NCBI RefSeq assembly: GCF_020745735.1
Contig: NC_083427.1
Coordinates: 1,395,438-1,459,437 of the forward strand
DNA from: Hemiscyllium ocellatum
Taxonomy: Eukaryota
DNA length: 64,000 bases
Direction: 5' to 3'
Positions within the stretch are counted from its first letter, which is position 1, and each line of letters starts with the position of its first letter. The translations under genes and the position numbers were made by a program. The notes under the pieces were generated by a model. It was not told where the DNA came from and made no database searches. It was given only the letters and a program-made list of their open reading frames with translations. Shown piece by piece: positions 1-14,329 of the stretch.

Positions 1-59
1 GTCCTGGCCAGAGGTTTAGAACCTGAAAGACTGCATTAACAACTTGCAAGATTGGTGTC

Positions 60-1110
60 AGGTCATGCAATTGACTTGATGGCAAGCTTGCAAAGTTTAA
101 AAGTGGAAAGATGCTTCTCGGACTGGCGCCTTGCGACTCGTGGAGTCGCTTGTGTACCCATTACTGTTCGTTATCTATATCAATCATTTGGGCGAGAACG
201 TCTATAACATAATTAGCAAGTTTTGAGAAGACACTAAATCAGAGGTTTGTGAACTGCCAGGAAGGTTATCAGAAATTGCTGCAGGACCTTGACCAGCTGA
301 GGAAGTGGACTGAGACATTGCAAATGCAGTTTAACATAGGAACCTGTAACTTTTCAGATTTTAGAAACTCAAATCAATGTGGGAGTTTGATGGTGAATGT
401 CATAGTCTCAAAGAGTGCAGTAGAACAGAGCAACCTTAGAGTTCAGGTGTACGGTTCTCTGAAAGTGGAGTTAGCAGGCAAGAAGACTTTTGGTACACTG
501 AACTACATTAGTCAGGGCACTGAGAATACAAGTTGGGAAGCTATGTTGCAGTTGCACAGGACCTTTTTGAGGACGCACTCGGTGCATTGTCTTCAGAATT
601 GGTCACCTTGCTATAGGAAGGATGTCATTAAACTGGAAGGAACTCAGAAGAAAGTTACAAACATGTTGCATATACTCAATGGTCTGGGTTATCTGGAGAC
701 GTTTTACAAAATGGGACTTTTTTCGTTAGAGCCGATGAGACTGAGAGTGGATCATATGGAAGACCATAAGATCATGGATGTGGTGAATGCACTCAGTGTT
801 TTATTCGTGGTTGTGGAAACTAGGATTAGAGGTGATTAGTTTAAAGTTTGAGGAGAAAGAATAAAGAGAACCTGAGAGGCAACATATTTGCACAGAGCAT
901 GGTGTGCATGTGAAATGAGCTTGCGAGTGGAAGTGTTTGAGGCAGGTTCATTAAAAACATTTAAAAGGCATTTGGACAAATAGACAGCGAGGAAAGGTAT
1001 CGGAGGACATCTGCCAAATGCAGGTAAATGGGGTTAGCATGGATGGAACCTTTGGATGGCAACATCCAGTTTGGAACAAAAGGCCTGTATCCACGCTCAA
1101 TGGCTCTCCA
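60..1110 (+). mobile_element. Decayed CR1-type LINE 3' part (RT C-terminus and 3' UTR)
   Basis: ORF 249..839 has CR1 RT motifs (LLQDLDQL..W, WSPCYRKDVIKLE, LGLFSLE..RLR); typical CR1 3' UTR follows. Confidence 0.85.
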
Positions 1111-2789
1111 TTTACGATCTTGTGCTGAAATGAACGTTTAATTCGCATATCAAGCCATGTTCTCACCCATTCAATTTTGGTCAGTAACAGAGCATCCTCA
1201 AAAGAATAAGCACGCCATTAATTTATTGTAACGGCAGTATCTCCACTCAAAAATGCTAAAACGTTGAATATGCAAGTTTTGTTTTCATTCCCAAGTTTAA
1301 GGTGTTATGTAGGCTTTTGCTGTTTTGTTTTTCTACAGTTGTTAACGCTTCATCATGAGAGTCGAAGAGATAGAATGCTGGGATATGACCACTGTTGGAG
1401 TGCAGGGAGTATTGAAGTTTTCTATTCTATTCTGATTTAACATTGGGGAATGGAAACCACATGGGCTGTACAGCACAGTCTGAAAAATCAATTAGATTGA
1501 ATCTTGCTAAGACAGATAAATGATAATGGCAGGCGGAACTGCTGTGTGGGAAGCAATGAATCACAGTATCACAGAAATATTACAGTGCAGAAAGAGACCA
1601 TTAGGACCAAAGAATCAATTAACCAGTGCGAATTTCATACGTTTTTAAACAAAACTGCACACCATTACCACCCAATGAAAACAAGTGTATCCAATGCCCT
1701 CTTGAATGCTTCAGTTGTACCTGTTTCTCTCACATTGCCAGGAAATGCATTCAATGCGCTATTAAATCGCTCTTTGGATGATGCTTTTCTTTCTCAGTGC
1801 AGACCACTGAGTCACCATAGGACCGGATAAGAGCGGATAAGGATCTGATTCATTCATGGTGAGAGCTTATGGTTGAAACGTCGACTCTCCTGCTCGTCGA
1901 ATGCCACATTAACAGTTGTAATTTTCCAGGAACACATTTTCTGACTCTGATCTTCAACATCTGCAGTCCTTACTTTCTCCGACCCAATAACATGCCCTCT
2001 TCAGGTTTAAAAGATTTTTGTGAAGAGAGCTGAGAGAATGACTTCATGATGCGTAGTCCAGTTAGTTCCTTTTTTGGTTTTGTAAAAGTTTCTCTCTGTT
2101 TTATGAACAGCTCAATCAGTTTAACTTCTCGAAGACAATTGCACATTTTTTTTTGTCAGGCAGATGACCTTTGCCATTAATAATTCATCACAGGCCAACA
2201 AAACAGACAGCTTCATATGCAAACAACTCCTGGGATGCTGTTCGTTTGCAGTTTCTGTTTGGGAGCCACAGTCATATACGCAGTGTTCACAGTGAACGTC
2301 ACTTGTTTCCAAAACATGAATTCATTCTTCAAAAACCCCGAGTTTCAGGCTGTTCTCTCTTATTCTAGTCCTCACTTTAAACATCTCAATCAAATGATAA
2401 GGCGTCGTCTTGGCGTTGGAAATATCTGTGGTTGGCTAATTGCTTCCTTTAACCTTATCATTCGAGAATAAAAAAAAACATAATGAATGTTGACAAAAAG
2501 GCTTTACCCTTCTGTTGAAAAACTACTCATTAGATAATATCGTTCATGTCGGGATGGATGGGCACCCTGACTCATGACTGTCCATCTTTCTACCTCACAG
2601 AGATATCCGCATTCTGATTTCTGTATGTTTACCAAGATACCTCTTGGAGCTATTAGGACACAAAGGAGACTCTCGGATCATTTCCATGAGCAGAAGTCAG
2701 GAATTGTGTGGCACTGGCGGAACGTAAACTGGAAATCAATGAACAGCTTAGTTCTGAGTGTGATGCTGCGTTTCAGCGATGCTCATGAC

Positions 2790-2885
2790 GCTTTCTTACA
2801 ATGTACCGATGCTCGAGTGTAGGTTGGTGCAGTGGTAGCTTTCTTACAATGTACCGATGCTCGAGTGTAGGTTGGTGCAGTGGTA
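2790..2885 (+). repeat. Perfect 2 x 48-bp tandem duplication
   Basis: GCTTTCTTACAATGTACCGATGCTCGAGTGTAGGTTGGTGCAGTGGTA at 2790-2837 and 2838-2885. Confidence 0.95.
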
Positions 2886-4375
2886 ACTGGTCGAGGTCTA
2901 CTTTGTGTGTATACGTGATTTTCCAAATTGTCAGGTAATTGCCAGAGTTGTGGCTGCGCTGAAACAGTTGGGTTGGGGTGTGGACAATTCTGGAGAAGAA
3001 GTCTTCACTGCTAATGTTGGAGCGTTTTTAGGAGCCACAGCCTTTGATGCATGCAGTGACCACTAGATGTTCTTGTTAAGACATGGAGCGAACAGCTCTG
3101 ATTGAAGACTGGCATCTGTGATATTGTTGTGCTCTGGAACAGCAGTAGACTAGTACATTTTCGATTTTCCTATGAGACATAGCGACAGCTTTCTGCTCCT
3201 CCACTCCGTTAGTCCTGAGGAATTTCACAACGACCATTACATGTGGTACACAAGTAAGTTGGATTTATTCAACACGTGGGAACAAGGCTCGAATATTGAG
3301 TCAAAGAGTCATACAACACGGAAGCAGGCACTTCTGTCCAAGTAGCACATGCCAAAGACATGCTTATCCAATTGTCTTTTAAACGCGATAACTGTGTTTT
3401 CACATATGCAGTGTGATTGGAAATAAAGTTCTCTTCTCTCTGCTGAAGGACTGTGGAGAACATGCGGAATGCAGATGCTGGAGATCAGAGTCAAAAAGTG
3501 TGGTGCTGGAAAAATAGAGCTGCTCAGGCAGGACCCGAGGAATAGAAGAGTCGAGGCTTCCACCATTAGCTCTTCATCAGGAACGATTGTGGGTTGTACT
3601 GCAGAACATGTGAACGCCCATCGTTGGTCACAAGGGCACGTATCAGTCAAAGACCAACCCTGACACGATGTACTTGAATGCACTTATCACTGTTTAGTGG
3701 AGGATACCTCAATTCTCTGGAAATATATTCTTATAAACTCTGACCCTCGTGTCTGTCGAGCACTCCTCTGCACAATTCCGGAGTTTAACATATCTAAATA
3801 TTCAGACAGGAAAATTTAGTAACGGACTCTCGTCTTTATTCTTGCAGTGCAGCAGATCAGGTATCATGGCACATGGAAATGTTCACCCGTGTCTCAAACT
3901 CCAGCTCGTTATTTCATGATCTCAAGCCCATACTCATCACGAAGTTGCTGCCAGTACACAGATAGATTTCCATAAACCCCTGTTCACATTCAATATTACC
4001 ATACTGTCAGTTGAAAGGTAAACACACATAATCGATTGGTTCACACTATCCTTCATCATTTCAATTACTGTTCAATTTTCTTTATACCAGTTTCTATATC
4101 AAAGCAACAAAACCTCCCTCTGTGTCGTGTTTTCTGTCATTATTTTTTGTGCAGACCCCTTAAATCTTGACATCAATTTATACAATGCTGTGATATCGCT
4201 TTAAACTATCTACATGGATTACCCTTTCATTATCTGTGCTGTTATGCCTCCCTCCAGTCTTATGACTTTTGTCGTGAGAAGTGTTGATTTTCTGTCTTAA
4301 AGGTAGGAACTTTGTTTCACACTACAAAAACAGAATGCTCTTTATTCAGGAATTTCGATGATTTGATCTGTGGGA

Positions 4376-4512
4376 NNNNNNNNNNNNNNNNNNNNNNNNN
4401 NNNNNNNNNNNNNNNNNNNNNNNNNNNNNNNNNNNNNNNNNNNNNNNNNNNNNNNNNNNNNNNNNNNNNNNNNNNNNNNNNNNNNNNNNNNNNNNNNNNN
4501 NNNNNNNNNNNN
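4376..4512. other. Assembly gap (137 N)
   Basis: Run of N. Confidence 1.
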
Positions 4513-7048
4513 ATGGTTTGTCTCTGGATGATGCTTATGATGTCTCTTCCTAGAAATGGTCATTGCCTGACAAGCGGCAAGAATCTAGCTTACTGCTTGT
4601 CTGACCAAGCCTGGATTCTGTACAGTTTTTTGTGAGGAACAGCGACGCTGAAGAGTTAGATCGATAAGTGTGCCGCTGGAAATGCACAGCAGGTCAGGCA
4701 GCATACAAAGAGCAGGAGATTTGACATTTTGGGCATATCCCTTCATTAGGAATGTCAAGATCACACCCTTAGAATTAAAAGCTTTCACTGTATTATTTGT
4801 TCAAATACAAACTACCACTTTACATTGCATGGATAGTGCCTATTTATTAAACTATTTTCCCTTGAAACTAACAATGTTGGGAATGCTTGGCAGCTCCTGT
4901 TGCGAGTAAATGAGCTCAGGTTTAAAGCTTTCATGGTTTGTTATAGTTAACATGATACAAAACGGCAGTAGGGGTCTTTCACACAATCATATTCAATCAT
5001 TTTCAAATGTTATTTATTAATATTAACTCAAAAGATTGACACCACTGCCAGTTCGTGCAGAGTCCGAAACCCTGAAACTTCACTTTCAGTTAGGAATAGA
5101 TCACAGTTTTATACGAATCTCGGATTGGAAACCCAATTCCAGAATTTCCCATTGTCCAGTTGTGAAGGAACGAACACTGAAAAAAATGCAGGAAATCAAC
5201 AGGCCTGACACATCCTAGAGTTCTGCAGAAAGGTCATATTGGATTTGAAATGTTATCCCTGCTTCTGTCTCCTCAGATGCTGTCAGTTAACATTTCCAGT
5301 CTGGTAATCTTTTATTAAAGATAAACTTGGTCGTTTTAATCCTGCGAGCTGACACGGCATGAACGCGACTGCAACTGACTGTGTGCAACTGGGAACATTA
5401 CCAGTTGGAAATTCTAATTCAAACCACTCACCATTCCGAATTGGAAATGTGTTGCAATTTCTTCAATATTGCTGAGTCCATATCCTGGGGTTGTCTCGCT
5501 AATGGCATTATATATCTACCGTCAACACATTGACTGCATGATTCAGGATGGTCGTTGATCACCCCTCACCCCACCGCCCCCCCCCCTCCACCGTCTCCGT
5601 TATCGACAGGAAATGACCCCCTCAAAAGAGTTCAAGAAGGTAACCTAGACCTTAGCATTTTATGTTAAAGACAGATGTGAAGTGACTATCCCAACTGTGA
5701 TTCAGCTGGTCATACAAATTCGCTTTAAGTAAATCAATATTTTAGTTAAAACTAGAGTTGAAACACAAACAAAAGACAACAGAATTTAGAATAGCTTGTT
5801 GGAAAACAGAACCAATCCAACACAGCAACTTAAGTAAGAAACTTCTCCCATCAAGCAACACCCTATAAACACATCCGTTGTCAAAAGGGAAATTTAAACA
5901 CAGATTCTTATCAGTTAGAGGGAACAACCTCCAGAGATTTCCGAGCGGTACATCAACTGGAAATCATCTTCTGAAGTTTGGAACCCTGTTACACTCCAAC
6001 TGCTTCTGTTTGTTACTGTGAAACCGAAGTTCAAGAATGTTGAACGTGGAGAAGTGTTAACTCCCTTGCCTTTGTTAAACTAAGCTTTTCCGAAACATTT
6101 GGTCCGTCTGTCTTTACAAAATCTTTCAAAAGAAAACAAGGAGAAAATCATCTTTTCAAAGAGATATCATTGTCACACCTCCACCTTCTCAAGGACCAAC
6201 GAGGATGGGCACGAAGCACTGGATCCAGATAGCGGTGCCAAATTCCCATGTAGCGAAGTGCTTCCCCCAAGTATTGTAAACACATGAGCACTGTCAAAAT
6301 CAGTAACAACATTTGAGGTAAACACTGAGTACTGCACTCTCCAACTTCTTCCTTTCCGAAAAAAAAAGATTAGTCACTGCAAGTACAATTTTGTTTGGAA
6401 ATTAACGCATGCCAATCTGCCAGTACCCCTATCCTGTGAACGATTGAAAAGAAAAGCCAGGAACCTGCTTCCAGTGAAATCCTACTATGAAGAGAAAAGT
6501 TCCATTTTCCATGAAGGGTGCAACTTGTAGATAGGTTTTTGAGTGCAAAGAATGAGGAGCAGGCCATAAAGACAATTAATTTTCTCAGTTAAGGTTTACA
6601 AACTGATGCTCAACCACTGAATGACTTAACTCATTGCCTTCCCCAGTGTGCAGTGAAGGCTGGCCCATTGCATATTTTTTGCAATAGAAAGGAAATCATG
6701 ATTTGGGAGAGCAGTCTGCAATTGGAGTTAGGCTGGAATCCAATGAGCCATCGTCTTATCACATGGCAGAACAGGTTCAAAGGGGCAAATAGCCTACTGC
6801 TGCTTCTATTTCTTAATGCCTTACTTAGGATTGCACAAATCCAGTCAGTTTTATAGTAAGGTGACAGGCATGGCGGGTGAAGGTATTACGTGTACCTTCA
6901 TTATGTGTACAAGTCAAAACAGGAAGAATCACTGCCTCGGCGTCTACACATAATTGAAGATCATAAAATTAAATATTCAGCTCGAAATGGTTAAAAAATC
7001 CCTTAGAACATACGAAGGAGAAGGTTTCGCTGATTAATTGGTTCAGTG

Positions 7049-7742
7049 TAAAGAGATGGTGGAGAAAATATTCTTTTTCACTCAGTTTCCAGGATTCTTG
7101 CTCAATTTGATATCAATATAACATGGAAACTGCCCCTTCAGCCCAACTGTTACATTCCATCAAGGGTTCCTAAACGGAACTTTCCCGTTTTCCTGCGATT
7201 TGTCCATATCTCTATAACCCTTTGCAATCTATGTACCCGTCCAATTTGCGTTTACATGTTAGAACTGTACCTACATCTATCACTTGCTCTGGCAGCTCAT
7301 ATGCATCACCCTCTGTGTGGAACAGTTGCCCCTCAGGTCACTTTTATTTTTTATTCCTCCCATCCTAAACTTCTGCCCTCTTGTTTTGGACTGCTGTACA
7401 GTGGGGGGAAAAAGACCTTGACGGTTCACCTTTGAAATGCCACTCATGATTTTATGACATGGAGGTACTGGTGTTGGAATACAGTGGACATGTTCAGAAG
7501 TCACAAAACACAAAGTTACAATCCAACGGGATTATTTGAAATCAAAAGCTTTCAAAGTGCTGCCCTTTCATCACATGAAGTGATGTAGTGGCACTGCTCT
7601 GGAAGGTCGTGATGACAAATAGATCTGTTTAACTACAACTGGAAGTCATGTGACTTTTGACCATGACTTTATAAACATAAAGAGATGGTGGAGAAAATAT
7701 TCTTTTTCACTCAGTTTCCAGGATTCTTGCTCAATTTGATAT
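7049..7742 (+). repeat. A-B-A' structure: perfect 65-bp direct repeats (7049-7113, 7678-7742) around a 559-bp block (7120-7678) homologous to 8867-9425
   Basis: Manual alignment: A and A' identical; the two B copies differ at about 49 of 559 positions with no indels. Confidence 0.93.
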
Positions 7743-8849
7743 AAATGTGCTGATTTGGCTGAATCAGTAGAGGGCGCAGTTTACAGACAGGCCCAACTCT
7801 CGTCTCATTTTCTCCTGTCAGCTGGATGGAATAAAACGAGCAAGTATTATTTTCATTCATTCAAGAGACAGTGAGAGTCAGTAAATATGCAAGCATGTTA
7901 TTGCCCATCCGGAGCTGACATGGTGTCAATGATATGCAGTAGTCTCTGGTCTTGCAGAGACACCCACAGTGCTATTGAGAAGGTCGGTCAAAGACTGTAC
8001 CCTTCAGGAATGAGCAATACTGCTGGAGCTGCGATATAACCCCAAGTGAAGACGGTGAGGGGCTTGGAAATACATTGAATTTATGTGTGTTCCCAGGCAT
8101 CTGCTGCCCCATCCTTCTCGATTATAGAGGCCATTTGTAAACCATATATAGTAACATGTCTAAATGAGAACAAAGGACACAACATATTGCAGTATGGTAC
8201 GGGGACTGGTAACCTCGGTTGGCTGAGTGTTTATTTTCTGATAGAGAGGACAATAGCTTTGGTTGAATCTCCTTGGGAAATTTGCATTTACTGTCAGGGA
8301 GGATGCAATCGAAAATCTGGTGGTCTGAACCGAACAAAAAAGAGGACTGTTAGGAAAGACATTTGACGTAGAGAATTTATACAACTAAGACACGATGTAT
8401 ACTATTTGAGAATAAGGGACGTGAGGTGAGGTTTATGGAAATTCTGACCACAGTGTTCCAAGTCTAATGTTTTGAAGGACCTTACAGCAGAAATGGAGGA
8501 TTGTAAATGATAGCCTTTTATTTAGGATTGTGGAGGGAGCGTGCAGCAAGCACACAAATGCAAGTAATATCAATTGGAAGCGTGGTCATAGGCAAAGTAA
8601 AGAACACTTTTACAGAATATGGCTAAAAACCAACATTTGTTGTTGACTTGGTACCGACCGGGATGTGAATTTCCAATGACATTTGACATTTTGCAAGGGC
8701 TAAAACCTCGCAAAATGGGTTGGAATAGACCATCGGCAGTAAACCGTATTATGGCTTCATAACTCTAGCCATAACCCTATTGCTTTATTAGTACAAGATT
8801 TATTTTGTCCTGTTAAACACACGGAGGATACCATTCATTTAGAGGCATG

Positions 8850-11200
8850 CAGTCATAGAGTCATGCAACATGGAAACTGCCCCTTCAGCCCAACTGTTAC
8901 ATTCCATCAAGGGTTCCTAATCGGAACATTCCAAATTTCCTGCGATTTGTCCATATCTCTATAAACCTTTGCAATCTATGTACCCGTCCAATTTGCGTTT
9001 ACATGTTAGAACTGTACCTGTATCTACCACTTGCTCTGGCAGCTCATATGCATCACCCTCTGTGTGGAGAAGTTGCCCCTCAGGTCACTTTTAAATTTTT
9101 TTCCTCCCACCCTAATCTTCTGCTCTCTTGCTTTGAACTCCTGTACAGTGGGGAAAAATAGACCTTGGCAGTTGACCCTTGAAATGCCACTCATGGTTTT
9201 ATGATATGGAGGTACTGGTGTTGGACTATGTTGGACATCTTCAGAATTCACAAATCACAAAGTTACAGTCCAATGGGATTATTTAAAATTATAAGCTTTC
9301 AAAGTGCTGCCCTTTCATCAAATGAAGTGATGTTGAGGTACTGCTCTGAAAGGTTGTGATGTCAAATAGATCTGTTTAACTACAACTGGAAGTCATGTGA
9401 CTTTTGGCCATGACTTTATAAACATTTATAAGTTCACCCTTCAGCCTTGTACGCTCCAGGGAATAACAGTCTGAACTTAGCGAGTGTCTCCTCTTCACTC
9501 AATCCCTCCTGCCTTGGGAACATCCTTATAAATGTTCTTTGTCCCCTACCATTTTAATGACATCTTTCCTGTCGTCTGAACGGAATTGTACACAGTACTC
9601 CAAATGTAGTCTCACCAATTATGTTAACATCCATAACATGAAATCCCAAACTCTTGTAATCAATTCTCTGACAGATGAAGGCAAGTGTGACAAACGGCCT
9701 TCTTCACCAACCAGTCTACCTGTGACACCACTTTCAATGAACTGTGCATCTGCGCCCTGAGGCATGTCAACATACCTTTGGGTTCTTCCATTAAGTCCTG
9801 ATCTGGTTTGTCTTAAGAAAATGCAACGCTTTGCATTTAAGTAATTTAAATTCCATCTGCCATTCTTTGCATCATTGGCCCAGTTCACCTCGTATGGAAC
9901 CTTCTTGACCTTGTATTTAATTTGGAGTTGTTCACACACTCATGAACAATACCTTAGACTTTCTCAACAAATTGTTTGCTTAACTGATGAATAACAGTGA
10001 AACAAACACCAGTAGTTGAGCCACACAACTGGTCACGACCTCCTGTCTGAACCACAACCTCTATCTCCATCCTCTGTCTATGAGCCTAAAGCTAAGTTTT
10101 CCAATTGGCTAGCTCTTCCTGCATCCCATTTGTTCTCATGGTATTATCCAGTCAGCCATGCGGAACCATGTTAAAGGCTTTGCCAATGTCCATGTGCACA
10201 ATGTCTGCCATTCTGTCTTAATCTATCGTCTTGGTCACCCGTCCAATGATCTCAGTCAAATTAGCGAGACATGATCTCCCACGTGCAAAGTCATGCTGAG
10301 TGTCCCTCAGTAATCCTTGCCGTTCCAAATGCTCGTGGATCTTTTGTCTCAGAATCCCGTCTAATAAATTGTCAACCACTGACGTCAGGCTTACTGTTAT
10401 ATAGTTCTCAGGTTTTTCCTTACAATCTTTCCTAAATAATGACAAAACATTTGAACCCTTCAGACTTTTAGCAGTTCACCCGTGGTGTCCATGTCACAGA
10501 TATTTCTGCTAGAGGCCGCAATTACATTTCTGGAGTCCCACAATATACTAGGATACATCTGAGCATGGCCCAGGGATTCGTCTACTTTTATGCATTTTAA
10601 GGCCTTCAGTACCTCCTTGTCAGTGATGTGGACTCTTCTCAAGAGATGAATATTGATTTCGCTGAGTTGCTCGCGTCCATGTCTTCCTGCAGTCTGACAC
10701 AAAAAATTCGTTTGGAACCTTGCCTATCTCCTGTCGTTTCACACATATATGTAACCCTTGCTTTCAGGGGTCCTGTTCTCTCCCTAGTTACTTTTTCGCC
10801 CTTAATATACATGTAAAATCATTTTGGATTCTCCTTAATCTAAACTGCCAAAACGATCTCCTATCGACTTTATGCTGTACTCGTTTTCCTCTTCAGTCTG
10901 CCCCTCTATCCCCTTTACTCTCAAAGGATTCACTGATCTCAGATGTTCATAACTGAACTCTTGCTTTTTCTTGACCAGACCGTTAACATCTCTCCTGAGT
11001 CAACGTTCCCTACTCCTGTCAGCTGTGCCCTTCACTCTCACAGGAACATGTTGTCTCTGCACTCTTGTTATGTCACTTGTGAACGCTTCCAATTTGTCAG
11101 ATGTCCTTTTGCTTGCGAAGAGCGCCACCCAATCAACTGTTGACAGTTTCTATGTAGTAACATCAAAATTGGCCTTACCCTGATTTAGAATTAAACTTGT
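8850..11200 (-). mobile_element. Decayed CR1 LINE fragments (3' end to RT), interrupted by a Penelope-type terminal repeat near 9210-9420
   Basis: Minus-strand ORFs with CR1 RT motifs (ENYITVSLTSVV, QHDFARGRSCLANL); reverse tail GTCATAGAGTCAT at about 8852. Confidence 0.8.
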
Positions 11201-11759
11201 GCATTAGTTGTATCAGTTTCCATTATTATTTCAGGAGAATAGAATTATAGTCACTGGTCCAAAAGCTCTCATCCATTTGCCTGACTTATTCCCCAAGAAG
11301 TGGTCGACCTTTGCCTCTTCTCTGTACATTCATCTACATATTGATTAAGAAAACATTCTCCCTTGGAAAGGAAGCGTTGCTGCACCCATATCAGTGACAT
11401 GAGAGGATGAATAATAATCCATACGAATCACTCCATTGATACAGTTCTGTTTGAAACAGAATCGTAGAACCATAGAACATATCGATAGTCTAATCTGCCA
11501 GTTGTACATGCGTGCTGGCTACCTTGAAAGAGACATCGAATTTGTAGCACTTTAAATCACTTTCATACTGATTATTTTATTTGCAAACTACCCATTCTCT
11601 TGCTTTTTCAAGGTCAATGTGTTTTCTGTTGTCCCTTGTTTTACAGCAAGTATTTTACATTCATGCTCAGCTATTGACAGCACTGACAGAGAAAATGCTT
11701 TATTCCCACAACAAACCTATAATCATGAATCCATCAATTAAATAGTCTCTGCAACTACA

Positions 11760-12445
11760 GAAATACGGCAACAGAAAGTGGAGTTGCAGGTCGATAGGAT
11801 AGTGAAGAAGGTGTTTGATATGCTTGCCTTTATTGGTCACTCCATTGAGTATTGAGTTGAGAGATCATGTTACGGCTGTACAGAACATTGGCTAATCTAG
11901 TTCTGGAGGACTATCCACAATTCTGGTCTCCCTGCTGAAGGAAGGATGTCGTCAACCCTGAAAGTTTTCACCAAAGATTAACAAGGATTTTGCCATGAGT
12001 GGAAGGTTTGAGCGATCGGGACAGTCTGAATAAACTGGTGCTATTTTCCTTGGTTCATTGGAAACTGAGGGCTGAACTTTTAGAGGTTTATAAAATCATG
12101 GGGGGCATGGACAATGTGAACACTCAAGGTATTTCCCTGAGTTAGAGGAGTCCAAAAACGGAGGGCATACTTTTAAGGTCAGAAAGATTTGAAAGGAACA
12201 AATGGGGCAACAGTTTCACTCAGACAGGTCGTGCCTATTTGGACTGAGCTCCACAGGAAGTGGTGGAGGCTGGCACAATTGCAACATTTAAAGAGCATCT
12301 GGATGGGTATATGGATAGGAACCGTTTAGAGAGATATGGGCATAAAATTGGCACATGGCACTAGATTCATTTAGGTTATCTGGTCAGCATTGACAAGTTG
12401 GGCTGAAGGGTCTGTTCCTGTGCTGTACTTTCCACGACTCCAGAA
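11760..12445 (+). mobile_element. CR1 LINE 3' fragment
   Basis: Nucleotide similarity to the other CR1 3' ends here (TTCTGGTCTCCCTG...AGGAAGGATGT; GGAAGTGGTGGAGGCTGG). Confidence 0.8.
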
Positions 12446-14329
12446 CTCTTGCTGTCGGATTGTTCATTGCAGTCATGAATTTTCTACCATTTTCAATATT
12501 TACAATTCTTCATAATTGTGATAATTTCAATAAAAGTGACACTATCAAGGGCACGATTTATAATTGCAAAGGCTGTGCACTGGCACAAAACAGATCTCTG
12601 ACTGATTCAGTGATTTGTGAAGAATGACCATGGCTTCATGATGTACTTTCTCAGTTCCCCTTATAACCAGGCCAACGGTTTAAGCTATAGCATTTAAAAG
12701 TCTCCTGTCCCTTCACAGATTTTTTCTGAAACCTCAAAGTTCATATATTTCAAATTCCTTTGCAAATTATTCGCAAAAGAAACAAAAAAAATGTACTTTC
12801 CTTCATGTCACAGAGCAATGTTTGTGTGTTTTCTTGTGCTTGGTCTCGATAACCACACATGTTTTCGAATACATCAACCATGATTTTGTGCCGGACCACA
12901 TTTTGACGTTTGCTTTCCACTGTTCTCCTCCTTCAGCAACCTCCTCGTTTAGAATGTGAAACATGAAGCAGAATTAGACCATTCAGTCTATCGAATCTGT
13001 CCCGCTATTCAATGAGACCATGGCAGATCTGATAAACCTGGGATTCAATTTCCTGACTTTTCCTTTTACCAACTGATTCCTTCACTGAATAAAAATCTCT
13101 CCGTCACTGCCTTGAATATTTTAAATAACCCAGCATCGACCGCCCTCTATGATAAGAAATTCAACAGATTCACAATCTTTTCATAGAACAAATACCTCAC
13201 CACATCTACGTTAAATAGGTGAATCCTTACACTGATTGTTTCCCACAAGGGGAAACAGTTTCTCCAAATCTCTTGCTGATTACAATTGGTCTGATAAGAT
13301 CGCCTTTCATTCTTCTCAACTACTTGGCTCAAACTTTTAATTATGTTTATTACAAAAAACTTCATAATCTGTGAGTAGCCGAATGAAATTTGTCTGGTCT
13401 CCATCCAGTGTCAAAATATATTTCGACAGATAACGGGACCAAAATTTGTTCACGGTTTTCCAGCCGTTATTTGATTATTGGCTTCTACAGTTTCAGAAGG
13501 CCTCTTTCCACAGCTCATAAGGAAGATGACCAAATATGAGTTAACTTGCAGGTGCCGATACTTTTAAAGTGAGACAGGTTTTATCCCCAATTTGCATAAT
13601 GTCCTACTTATGGAAAGAATAATTGAGAAGTTAGTCGTTCACCACGCCTTACCTAAAAATAACAACGAATTAATTATTATGTACGCTGTTATCATTTCTG
13701 CTGGATTCCAGATAATGTGAGAGCGATTGTTCTTCATACTAATATCGCAATTGATCAAATAGGAAGTCAATGATCCCGATCAAAATTGGAGTCACTGAAA
13801 ATCAGGTGAAAAATAGATACTTTGCGCCATTCCCAGCAAATGGAAAATGTTTGTAGTTTTGGAGATCAGTAATCTCAGCGCCAGGACATCTCGACTGAAG
13901 CTCTTCAGAATAATCTTGGCTGAACTATCTTCATCCGTTTCATTGATGACCTCCCCTATACCATAAGATCAGGAGCAGGGATGTTCACTCATGATTGTAC
14001 AATGTTCAGCACTCTTCATAACTCTTGAAATACTGAAGCAGTCGATGTTTAAATGTACCACGATCTGGATCCATAGCACGTTTTGGGCTGACAATTGTCA
14101 GTGAAAGTTCCTGCCACTCTAATATCAGGCATTGATCATCACCAGTAACATTGCCCGGAGATATTAATTGGCATTAACGTTACAGGATCACACAGCGTCG
14201 ACAACCTGATTGTCACCGTTGACCAGAACCTGAACTGCTCTCGTCATATAAGTAGAGTCGCATCAAGAACTGGTCCGTGCCCAGAAGTTTGATTCACTGA
14301 CTATAGGATGGTGTGTTGCCTCCTTGGAA

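Noticed and set aside
2260-2320. Possible RSS (CACAGTG at about 2289) and hydrophobic ORF 2217..2471
   Set aside because: No acceptable nonamer at 12 or 23 bp and no Ig domain or CART motif.
7049-7742. CRISPR-like repeat-spacer or LTR interpretation of the 65-bp repeats
   Set aside because: Eukaryotic DNA, only two copies, no TG..CA ends or primer-binding site; better explained as a target duplication.
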